In this document: positions 27,129-38,600 of the stretch, one piece after another | Layout: every line of letters begins with the position of its first letter | How positions within the stretch are numbered: the stretch's first letter is position 1 | NCBI GenBank assembly: GCA_032718475.1 | Contig: JAUCBJ010001223.1 | Coordinates: 62,001-126,000, forward strand | Direction: 5' to 3' | Source: Nemertoderma westbladi | Lineage: Eukaryota > Animalia > Xenacoelomorpha | Length of the DNA stretch: 64,000 nt | The notes under the pieces: model-generated | What the model was told of the DNA's origin: nothing | The model's database searches: none | Seen by the model: the letters and a program-made list of their open reading frames with translations, nothing else | Program-made: the position numbers and the translations under genes

Positions 27129-30100
27129 ATGGCCCATCTGGACTCCCCGTCTTGTCATTTATGCTTCACTATTTTTAATAAAAATGATATATATTTTCGC
27201 TGTGCGGTGTGTAGTTGTAATTACCACTTTCAGTGTGGCTCTAATCTCTCACTTTCAGATTTTAAATTGTCCCTACAATATCTGCCACCATACTGTATCC
27301 ATTGTTCGGCCTCCATATTTCCCTTTTCAAATATCGACAATGATGATCTCGACATTTTTCAGGAAGATCTAAGCCCTGACGAAATTAATTCTGCTTCTGA
27401 GGAGACCAGCCCAAATAATATTTTTAAGGACATTGACCCCGACTCTAACTTAGCTGTGAACTTAAATGGTGGTGGGTATTTTACTGAGGAACAATTTAAC
27501 GCTAAATTTAATCCCACTTTAGACACATTTTCTGTCCTTAGCTTAAATTGTGCTAGTCTACGTAAAAATTTCACTGATCTAACAGTTTTCCTTGAGTCGC
27601 TCAAAATTAAATTAGATGTATTGACATTTAGTGAAACGTTTTTCTCAGAGAACGACGAACTAGGTTTATATAAAATCGACGGCTACTCTTCTCCTATAGT
27701 TGACTTCAGAGGTTATGGCAAAAAGAACCGCGGCGGGACAGCTGTGTATGTTAACGAAGATTGTAAATGGAAATTCCGCCCTGATTTAAAAATGAGCGAA
27801 GTGGAGAATTGTTGGGTCGAAGTGTACCGTTGTGATTCAAATAAGAAAGTAATTATAGGTTGTATTTATCGCCCTGAAACTATTACTGTCCCTAAATTTA
27901 ATCACTTATTAGAATCTCAATTACAATTCTTAAATAATTCTAGAACAGATGTAATAGTTTGTGGCGATATTAATATAGACGTAAACAAAAGTACTCCTAT
28001 ATCATTCAATTACTCTCAAATACTAAGTGCAAACGGATTTAACCAAACTATAAAAGTACCAACTAGAATTACGGCTCACTCCAAAACAACAATTGATCAT
28101 ATAAGTACCAATATTACCTCTTCGATCTGTTATTCTGGTGTCTTTTCGGCCAAAGTCGGCAATTCTGATCACCTACCTACATTCATGGTTCTAAATAACT
28201 ACAATACTTATTTCAACAATAGTCGAGAACATATGACTGTTTTTGATTACTCAAAATTTGATCGTAATCTCTTTTTTGCCGACTGTATCCTACCCTCCAG
28301 CTGGTCGTATAAAGCGGATTCAATCCCACTAAAAGATAAATATTCCGCCTTTTATGATGACTTTAGTAAGATATGCAACAACAATTTAACGACTAAGGTC
28401 ATATCTCATAAAAAAATTCCTCGAAAACCTTGGTTGTCGCATAACCTCATTCAGTCATCAATAAATAAAAATAAACTTTATCGAAAATATCTACTGCACC
28501 CAACAAATAGTAACTTCAAAAAATACAAAGATTATAGGAATACGTTTGTAAGCGCTATTCGTACTGCACAAAAAAATTATTATCACCAACAATTTCAAAA
28601 CCACGGTCAAAATATGAAAAAAACCTGGTCTACAATAAATTCTGTACTGCACAGAGCTGATAGAGCAAGCTGCCCCAAGAAAATTATTATTAAGATAGAT
28701 GGCCAAGCAGATATAGAAGTGAAGGAACTGGATCAGATTGCTGAAGAGTTCAATAAACACTTTTCATCTATTGGCCCAAAACTAACAACTCAAATACAAC
28801 CTGCTAGCAATTCTCGTCCACTACGTTATATCAAAAACTTAAGCGCTAAGTCGTTTGTTTTACTAGAGACTTCTCCTGTTGAGGTTGAATATAATCTGCT
28901 TCACCTAACTGATTCCTTGGCGACTAATGATAAGGGGGTTCCAATAAAATTAATAAAAATTGCAGCAAATCCAATCTCAATCCATTTAAGTTACCTTATA
29001 AACATATCCATAACAAAAGGCTTTTTTCCGGACCAATTAAAACACGCGAAAGTTATTCCAGTATTCAAAAATGAAGATCCATTCAATGTTAATAATTATC
29101 GTCCAATCTCGCTTCTACCTATTTTTAGTAAAATTTATGAACGTATAATCAATGATCAGTTATTATCATACTTTGAGCAGCTTTCGTTATTAACTCCGAA
29201 CCAATACGGATTTAGGAAAAAATCAACTACAACCCTGGGTATATTAAGTATAGTGGAGAAACTACGCTCAGCATTAGACTCCGGAGACACTGCATGTGTA
29301 GTTTACCTAGACCTCCAGAAGGCCTTTGATACGTTAGACCATCCAATTCTCTTAAGAAAGCTAGAGGCTTACGGCGTCCGTGGCACTCCATTTAATTTAA
29401 TTAAAGATTATTTAGCTAATCGAACTCAAGTAGTTTCGATTAATAATATTCTTTCATCATCTCAACCACTAGTTTGTGGGGTGCCCCAGGGGTCGATTCT
29501 GGGTCCTCTACTTTTTCTAATTTTTATTAATGATCTTCCTAATGTATCTGATTTATTAACGACTATGTTTGCTGATGACACAAGTCTCCTCCACGTAGGT
29601 AATGAACCTTTAGCTGTGATCAATAGTGTAAACATCGAGTTCGATAAAATTGTAGATTGGCTCCATGATAATAAATTATCCCTAAATGTAAAAAAAACTG
29701 AATATTCTATATTTACTAATAAACGAGTTGACCTTAATTCCCTCCCTAAAGTGAAGCTAAAATGTGCGAGTTTGCTGAGATCTAATATTTCAAAATACTT
29801 AGGAATAAAAATAGATAGCAAATTATCTTGGAAATCACACGTAACCTTTATACTAAAAAAAATTAGTAAAACATGTGGTATTTTTTATAAATTACGCCAC
29901 ATATTCCCCCTCCATATTCTTAGAACTTTATACTTCTCTTTAATTCACCCATATATCCAATACGGAATTACAGTTTGGGGAAGTACATATGAATCCGTAA
30001 TAAAATTAAATAAATTAATAAAATAAATTAGCGCACCAGATCCAACATCGTTTCGTCAAGCGTCCTCACTCCCCATTTACCAGTCACTTGATATTTTACC

Positions 30101-30407
30101 TGTTGACCAATTATATAAACATGAAGTAATCAAATTTATGTACGATATACATCATAAAAAGTGTTTCAATTCTCCGGAAATATATAATTTATTTACTAAA
30201 ACATCTAAAGTCCACCATTACGGCACACGTTCAGTTACCAGCGATTCATTTTATGTACCTCCAATCAAACTAGTAGTAGCCATGCAATCAATACGTTACC
30301 AGGGACCTATACTCTGGAACTCAATAGGAACCGATTATCGAAATTCTAAAACAAAAAGGTCTTTTTCGTTAAAAGTAAAACGTAAATTACTTAATAATAA
30401 TACTTAA
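27129..30407 (+). pseudogene. LINE ORF2p copy 2 with the same in-frame stop (30024-30026)
   Basis: 965-aa translation appears identical to copy 1. Confidence 0.93.
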
Positions 30408-30784
30408 ATGATATATTTATTAGTAATTATTAACACAATGGTCTGTCTGGTGCTTTCTACTAAATTTAATTTGTCTAATTTATTGCATTATTGTTTTAGA
30501 TTCATTGGCATCAATTATATATGTGTTGTGTTGATATGTTGCAGCTACGACTGAGTATACTAACAATTAATACCATTGTATAATAATGAAGTAATGACAT
30601 GTAAATGACAAGACTAATCAGCCCCAGCGCCCCCCCCCCCCCCCCTCCCCACCAAACCCCCTCCCTAGGCTCCAACATTTACTAGCGTTGCTACTCGTTG
30701 GTGCCTCCCAGTTATATATTTTTTGTGATTAGTGCAATTTAAATATTCTTTATTATTGGGAAATATATATTTGATTTGATTTGA

Positions 30785-31693
30785 TCAGGGTGACAAAATG
30801 TCCCCTCATTTATTCGCACTTTTCGTCGCTGATCTCCCCGCAGCCTCGATTTTTACGGGTGTGCTAGTGCTCATGTATGCTGACGGTGTAGTGATAGTGA
30901 GTGATACCATCGAAAAAACACAGGATGCACTTATAGACTGTCACCATACTGTATAAATAACTCACTGTCTGTCAACATTGCAAAGGCAGAGGCTGTGAAA
31001 TTCCGCCGTGATGGCTGATTGGCTGTTGCTGACAAGCTTACATATAACAATAAGCAAATCAAATTTGTTTACAGTTTCAACTACCTTGGTATTGTACTAA
31101 CTGCATTTAACTCGAATTCTGGACACCTAAAACATCACTACAGTAAGGCCATTGCTGGCACCATCAGTCTATCCATCAATGTAGACCTGCAAATGGTCTC
31201 ACTGTCGTCAGCGATGTGCCTCTACCAACTTGTGATCATTCCTTCTGCATTATACGGAGTGGAGGTTTTCAACCTAGATAGGGACAGCCAACTGATTCAA
31301 GTTCACCTACGAAAGATCAAAGCGTTTTACTTCAAGTTGTGGGCAGGAGTTAGCAAGTTCTCGTCTTCCACTTCTATATTAAATGCTATAGAAGACACAC
31401 CCTGTGACCCTCGGAAACTAACTCTTACCAGATTATCTGGTTTTCGTCGACGCTTCGTGGCACAACATCTGAGCAATGGACATCACCATCTGCTCTGTTT
31501 TGACTCGCGCTGTTGGAGACCAAAGCTGAACTGTGTCTGTAAACTCTGCGGAGCGGCAGCAGGCTCACCAGACCATCTATTGTCCGATTGTTCCTGGGCT
31601 GCACCGGTGACAGGAGATTCCCTGCTTGCACGACTCAAAAAGATACATGAGGCAATAGCAATCCTCGACAAACTGATCAGAATCTGCCATTAG
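30785..31693 (+). pseudogene. RTEX-like LINE ORF2, 3' half (RT core to C-terminal CCHC finger)
   Basis: QGDKMSPHLFALFVADL, LMYADG, FNYLGI and CKLCGAAAGSPDHLLSDC; contains stops and frameshifts. Confidence 0.82.
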
Positions 31694-32068
31694 TAGGCCT
31701 ATAGTATATGAAATAGTACTTACTACCCTGTAATGTGCATGTCAAATGTCTTGTCCTAAGTATTACGTTCTCATGTAAGTACAGAAGTAAGTAGTAATGA
31801 AGTAGGTTCTTCACGATATAACTTCCTTGATATATATTAGTCTTACATCAGTATATAATATATAGATAGAACAGTACAACAGTAGAGCACTGACTACACC
31901 GTCACCAGTCACTTACAGCAGTATGTAAATATGGTAATGTATGTATCTCCTGCAGTACCGGTAACTATCTACCAAGCACCAGCACTTAGGTCCTATGAAA
32001 TAGATAATAATATAACACTAAGCACATATTATTATATACAATTTACAGTAATCCGACTAATACTCCTG

Positions 32069-33893
32069 CTAGAGTTCATTTTTAGAGTTTAGTGTTTATG
32101 TTTCGTAGTTTATATATCTATATCTATCCATCCCTGGACATTTTTATTATTTAAAACCCGGAGCCAACGTTAACCCTATTAAACCCGGGGGGTGGTCAAT
32201 ATGACCTCCCCCGTGGTTTTTTTATTATAATTCTGAAACAAACACAGTTGGGAATCTGAAATTTTACGACTTTTCCTAAAAATCTATTGTCTTCCTAGTA
32301 GTGAAAACCGTTTTCAAAAATATTGGGTACTTTTCGAGTTATAGTACCATTTTTTAACCCTACTTTTGGCACTTTTTTTGAGACGTTTTTTGAAAATTAC
32401 ATTTCATTAAATATGAATTGTAACATCTCTATTTTTGATTTACACCGGTTTTTTGGTGTTAGAAATTTGATGGAATTCATATAAATTGATTTAGAAATTT
32501 CAAACTTGTTTTTTTCGGTGGGTGCCAAATTTTGGTGCCAGCACCAAATTTTGAAATAAGTCAATTTTGTAAATTGATCGTTTGAAACTTGTTTTTTACG
32601 CAATTGGGGTTTTTTGGGTTTCTGGATTCGATGAAATATATACGAGTTGCACCAAGCGTATCAAACTTGTATTTTTCGGTGCTGTGTGCAAATTTTGGTG
32701 CTAGCACGAAATTTTGAAAATCCATTCAATAGATAAAATTGCTTGTGACAATTTATTTCTTGCGTTTTAGAGGTTTATGGCTGTTCTGAATTCAATGGAA
32801 AATATAATTATCGAACTAGACATCTCAAACTTGTATTTTTCGGATGTGGGTGCAAAATGTGGTGCTAGCACCAAATTTTGAAAACCATCAAATATATCAA
32901 TTGATTGTGTCACCTTGTTTCTTGCGTTATACGGGTTTGTGATGGTTCTGAATTCAATGGAATCAGTAAAAATTTCATAAGAGTTCTCAAACTTGTATTT
33001 TTCGCCGGTGGGTGAAAATTGTTGTGCCAGCACCAAATTTTGGAAAATATGCAAATTGATAAGTAGATAGTATCACCTTGTTTCTTGCGTTATACGGGTT
33101 TATGAGGGTCCTGAATCCGATGGAATCAATAAAAACAGCACTGGACATCGCAAACTTGTACTTTTTGGTGATGGGTACGAAATTTGGTGCTAGCACCAAA
33201 ATTTGCCAAATTACGCCGAAAAATACAAGTAGCAATGATCTGGCATATTAGAAATGTATTCCATTAGAATCAGCGCCCTCGAAAACCTGAAAATGTGAAT
33301 TTATAGCATCGTATAAGTGAATTAAAAATTTTGTGTTCTAACTGAAAAGTGCTGGTTACTTGTTTTTTTCATTTTTTTCCTACGCAGAGAGGACTAAACA
33401 GCCATTTATAGTAATCATATCATTTTTTAATATTTTCCAATGTATTTTGCACCCCAGAAAACCTGTATTGAAAAATAATTAGCCGAAAATGTAACTTTCA
33501 AATTTGGTGAAAATTGTGCACTACTTGTAATTTTGGTGCTGCAATATAACCACCCCAGTAGATATTATCGAAAAAAAATTTTTCGGTCGGATCCAGACAA
33601 GTGATACCTACGTACAAACAAAAAATCAGACGTTTTCGTAAATATTTGTAGATTTTAGAGGGGGGGGGTCAAAATGACCCGGTATTTTTTACCGGTTTAT
33701 ACCGTTTTATAGCCCGGTATTAATAGGGTTAATGTTTCAAAAGTTTAAATTTCGAAGTATCAATAATATAGAAGTTATACCAGATTTCCAGCTTTCAAAT
33801 CCTGCAACATTGGCTTCCATCATTCCTGTACATCCGACGAGGTCAGCTGTGAGTAACTTGTCAAAATCTCAACGTTTTCCATATTATAATTCG
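32069..33893 (+). repeat. ~270-bp dispersed repeat, split here by the piggyBac-like element; uninterrupted copy at 41431-41700
   Basis: CTAGAGTTCATTTTTAGAG...GGAGCCAACGTTAA|TGTTTCAAAAG...TTATAATTCGTTTA is shared with 41431-41700. Confidence 0.85.
32174..33728. mobile_element. Complete non-autonomous piggyBac-like element (1,555 bp) with internal ~180-bp tandem repeats
   Basis: TTAA TSD on both sides, TIR CCCTATTAAACCCGGG / CCCGGTATTAATAGGG, empty site with a single TTAA at ~41532; recurring CAAACTTGTATTTTTCGG...GCACCAAATTTTG units; no transposase. Confidence 0.92.
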
Positions 33894-34079
33894 TTTATCA
33901 TTGTCATATCATTGTAATTCGCTATTTTCGGAATTAGCGCCAAAATTACCCTGTAGGTATCAAAACCATAAAAGATTATTTTTGAAAAAATTTGAATACT
34001 GTTTGGTCAGTTGGAATCAGGCAACAATTTTAATGTCATTTTTATCGTGGTAGCTATTCTGGGACACTTTCTCTATATA

Positions 34080-34761
34080 CAGTACAGGCCACCAGAAAAA
34101 GCAGATTTCATCCAATGTGATCACATGTGAACACATTTGTTCAAGTCATCTGATTGGCAGGTTATGGCGAGTTATCTTCTAGATCACACAGCAGGAGGTT
34201 AACTTGCTGGGACCGACAAAGGCTTTGTGTGCGGTGCGCCTGTATGTCTGATATCAGGTAGATGACCAGGGCGTAACATTGCGGACATGGGCTGTATTGG
34301 TAGAGAGAGAACTACATACAAGACCACATGGAGGTTCACGGAGTGTATGGGTGGAGGAGCCTAGACCATTGAATTATTAATTTAGTGCAGGGAGATGTCG
34401 CGCCATTAGTCTGACACCGAGAGGGCACAGAGAAACACCAGAAGATGCCTTAACATCACTAACTATAGGCCTGCCTACTAGACACTATTAACCGCACACT
34501 ATAAAGGTAAACAAAATCCTTATCGCATTTCCAGCTGCAGTGAGTGACAGTTAGCGGCAAACTACAGAGAGTTTCCAGATTACTAAGCGTTTCAAAAGTA
34601 TTCAATTGTATCCTTTGGCGAAAAAATTTTGGTTGTTGCCAATTCAATTATGTTCAATTATGTTCAATTGTCCCGTTCAACAACATTACATTACACTGGT
34701 ACACATTTGATAAAATGTGTTCACAATTGTACAAATCTGCGTTTTCTGGTGGCCTGTACTG
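34080..34761. mobile_element. Tc1/mariner/pogo-type MITE
   Basis: TA|CAGTACAGGCCACCAGAAAA ... TTTTCTGGTGGCCTGTACTG|TA. Confidence 0.85.
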
Positions 34762-35227
34762 TATCTATTAATTTATATATCTATATCTATCATGATACTA
34801 CAATGATACATACATGATAGGATATAATGACTTTTATCCTTGGCTAAAAAATTATGACGCAATTGCATGGTATAAATTCCATCGGACTATTATAACACAA
34901 ATAATTCACCGAAATTATTATGTGTTGTCGTTAAAGTAGTCCATTGCACTGCAAAATATATTTACATATACAGTATAAGTCAATGATGCAATTCTTATGA
35001 CATCTGTTTCTGTATTTATGTAACAGCGGGTCGCCGGATTCATATTCATAGTTGCATCTAATAAATATACTTTATTTATTGATTTATTAATCCCCCCAAC
35101 ATTCCATCTATGGAAATAGCTGTATTGTGAGAAGTACTGTATATAAGCTGATATAATACTGTCATTGTCTAAACATTGATACACATTGTTGGGTAAATAT
35201 AAATTGTTGGATTCGAATTTCGAATAA

Positions 35228-35400
35228 TTAGTAGAAGACCGTTAGGTCTTCTTACTGTAAAAGTATTCGCTATCTATCTATGTATGACGCATGTATTTCG
35301 GGTGAACTCCTCTGAAGCTATAGCTCATCCGTCAATGAAAGTTATATCAATCGACGCAGCTCAACCCCAGGATGTGGAAAAATGTTTCAAAAAATATTAT
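35228..35400 (+). mobile_element. Probable 5' end of a Helentron-associated (HINE/DINE-1-like) element
   Basis: TTAGTAGAAGACC-GTT-AGGTCTTCTTACT inverted repeat followed by a (CTAT/GTAT) microsatellite; 3' end not found. Confidence 0.45.
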
Positions 35401-35639
35401 TAAAGTGTCTTTTTTTTATTTAGAAAAATAGGCCCAAAATACGAAAATTACAATAGACTAAATGATAAAAACACCAGCTGCAGGTTTGCTTAAGGGCCTG
35501 TAAGCTACTACTATTTATTGAAGTAAAAAATTTATTACGCATGACATTTACCCCAGCAATACGACTGCGATGCTGGACTTGCTGTATGTTATATATAATA
35601 TCTGTTTACTGGTGTACTGACTCAATAGGCCTATAGCAT

Positions 35640-38600
35640 ACAGTCTGCACGGTGGCACGATCAATCTGCATTCCTTGTCGCGTTCTCGACTATAGACTAC
35701 TCCTACTCAGTCGGGGCTCGGTACCACGTCCACCCCAGGGACTGTCCCACCGTAACGGTGGGCGGCGGCACGGCGTTGCGTTTGAGGCAATCTGTGACCA
35801 ACTTGTTTTCTCAGGTCGGTGGGAGGGCGGTCCGACAGCCGCGGAGCGAGGTTTGTTCTTTCTCATCCAACTCGATCATCGCACCTCAATCATCCTCTTA
35901 ATCACCATCCCAATCAGCCATCTACCCACCGGCTAATCAGCCCACAGTGAGCTGCCATTGTCTGATTGTTAACTGTCAATTCACTTAATTACTTTAATTC
36001 ATTATTAAATTCATTATTAATTTCATATTTATATCCGCTTGTATTAGCTGTTATCTCAAATCCACTCACATTTAAAATCTACCACCATTCCTGCTACAGC
36101 CAACTAATTCTGGCTCAATTTCATTTTCACCATAATTATCATTATAACTGATCAGCTTGTCGTTTTATTTCTGTTATGTATGTGCCATATGTGTGTGTGT
36201 CTTGTCTATGTTGTGCTGTATTGTTTTGTTTGACTGCCCTTATTCTCAGCCTGTCAATCAATTCCTATTTGTCGTTAGTATTTCATATCACAGCTGCCTG
36301 CAACCTGATCATCTTATCCCATCAGCTTCAGTTTAATTTAACCATAAATTGTCTGTTGGACTTTCTCTAATCACATAACAACAATTAATTTAATTAATTA
36401 ATCACATAATCGTGTTATCTTCACTTAACAGTGATCAATCAATTATTGTACATTGTGTGTGATACATTACTTACTTATCTGTAGATACGATTTTACCCAG
36501 TCTAGGTTTCACCAATATTATATCTCGCCCCCCCCCCCCCCCCCCCCCCCCCATTCCAACCATGAACACCAATAATGGTAGTGTCATTGATCTATCAGAA
36601 AGCATTCTTCGAAACGACCAACCTCCTACCTCGGAAAAGTCCTACTTATTAGCCGGTGTCCCCCTAGCAGAACACCATTTGAATACACTTAGTAACCGGG
36701 AAGGTTGGCTATCTGACTGCCTGATAGACGCCATTATCAGTCATTTCTGTAACCAGTTTCACGGTAGGGCAAAGATCTTTAGTTCCCATTTTTTGAATAT
36801 ATTTTCGGACCGGGGATCTCACATAACTCATCGCCAAACAAATACCGGTATATTGGACTATGATTTCCTGTTTTTCCCAGTAAATATTAGAGGGTTTCAC
36901 TGGGCTCTGGCCGTTGTACGACCGAAAGCTGGATTGATCCACTACTTTGATTCTCTTAAGTGGGCTAACCCAGGTATACTTAATGCTATTCAACAATGGA
37001 CTTCATTTGAGGCTTCTAGAAGCAACATCTCCCCTATAAAATTAATCGTAAAGCAGCTACCACACAGGCTTCAATACAATAGCCATGAGTGCGGAATTTA
37101 TGTATGTAGGTTCGCCAAGATGTTCCTTGATAACGGATCCCTTGATGGTATCAATGATAAATCCATTCATGACTTTCGAATTTGGTTATCTTTAATGGTC
37201 AGGTCATCAGTCACCATAGTCCAGCCAGTATTATCCCCCAAATCTCCCTATATCGGTGCTAACGTCCCAGTTCCTACCACCAACGCCACCCCAAAGCCCA
37301 GTTCCAAGAGCCAAGTTCCTACCCCAGCAACCCCCACCCTTCCTCTCACCATAGAATCCAACCCATCCCCCATCCCTGTTCCTCACCAAGTTCATACAGC
37401 GCCAAAACAAGCTTCCAATCCTGTTCCCAATGAGATCCCTAGTCTGTCTCCGAACAAAGTCCACCCCCAAGTTCCCCTCCAATTTCCAAACCCTACTAAA
37501 GCACCATCACCAAGCTTTACAAAGACTGTCAATACGCAGGAGTCGATGTTTAGTACTTTTGGGGGTACAGACCCCTCCTTGCCAGTAAACACTGAACCCC
37601 AAATTCTCTCCCAAACTGTGTTTCCGGCAACCACATCTCATCCCCCACCATTCGATTCACCATTAACTTCACTTGAACCAATACAGTGTGAACCAGCCAA
37701 CACAACAAACCATTCCCAAATGGTTTCACCAACAGACGTTTGCCCCGCTCAGCTCCCAGGAAACCCTCAACAGACCCACTCGGTTTCTGCTGGCCCCATT
37801 TTTGATCCCGACGGTACATACGAGCAACTTTCGCCAATTACAGCATCCCAGCCTCCTCCTGCATCTAACCTTTCACCAACCAATGCCAAAGGACCAGCGC
37901 CAACACTACCCAACAATTTATACACGGTCACACAGCCCTTAGAATCACAAACATCACTATCCAACAACCAGCTCCCTAGTAGCTCATCCCAGTCCTCCAG
38001 TACTCCCAACTGCCCTGTCTGCAACACTCCATTCAGACGGAAATGGCTAATCCAATGCAGTTCATGCCTGAAACAGTTCCATGGATCTTGTGTGTCCCTT
38101 ACCAAAAAGGCCCTTAACAAGGACCCTTCCCAAATTCCTCTTTGGCAATGCAGGCATTGCAAGCAGATACCCAATCTCATCAATAAGGAAGGTGAGGCAC
38201 ACCTCCCACCCCTACCTGTTCTCAAAGACATTACTTCTGATTCCTTCCTTTGTGTGTTTGATGTCCTATCCCGGATCAGGACCCTCAATCGTATTCCACG
38301 TGGTGCCAGACTCAGAGCAGCAGCAACGTATACGCACCTTTGTGATGCACTCGCACTTGACAACAGCCCAGAAAATTGGCTCAGACTTCTTGCATTCCCT
38401 TTTGCACTTCGAGTTCCTTCACAAGGCCATCGCCTGAGGAGAGGTCCTAAGGCAAGAGGACAACCTATAAAATCACTTACTACTAAAGTTAAGGAACAAA
38501 TTGCGGAGTTCGAGGACCTAGCTAAATCTACAGAGCCTTTCACCCTTCCACACCAGAGCCAGCCAACAGGGCATTCGGAACGTAAATCGAAGCTGACCGA

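Larger units (their letters stand above)
25571..30784 (+). mobile_element. Near full-length CR1/L2-group LINE, copy 2
   Basis: Virtually identical to 13531-18743. Confidence 0.92.
18803..30843 (+). repeat. Tandem segmental duplication, copy 2 (12,041 bp)
   Basis: Colinear with 7476-18802; has an extra 554 bp (20875-21428) and longer Foldback arrays. Confidence 0.95.
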
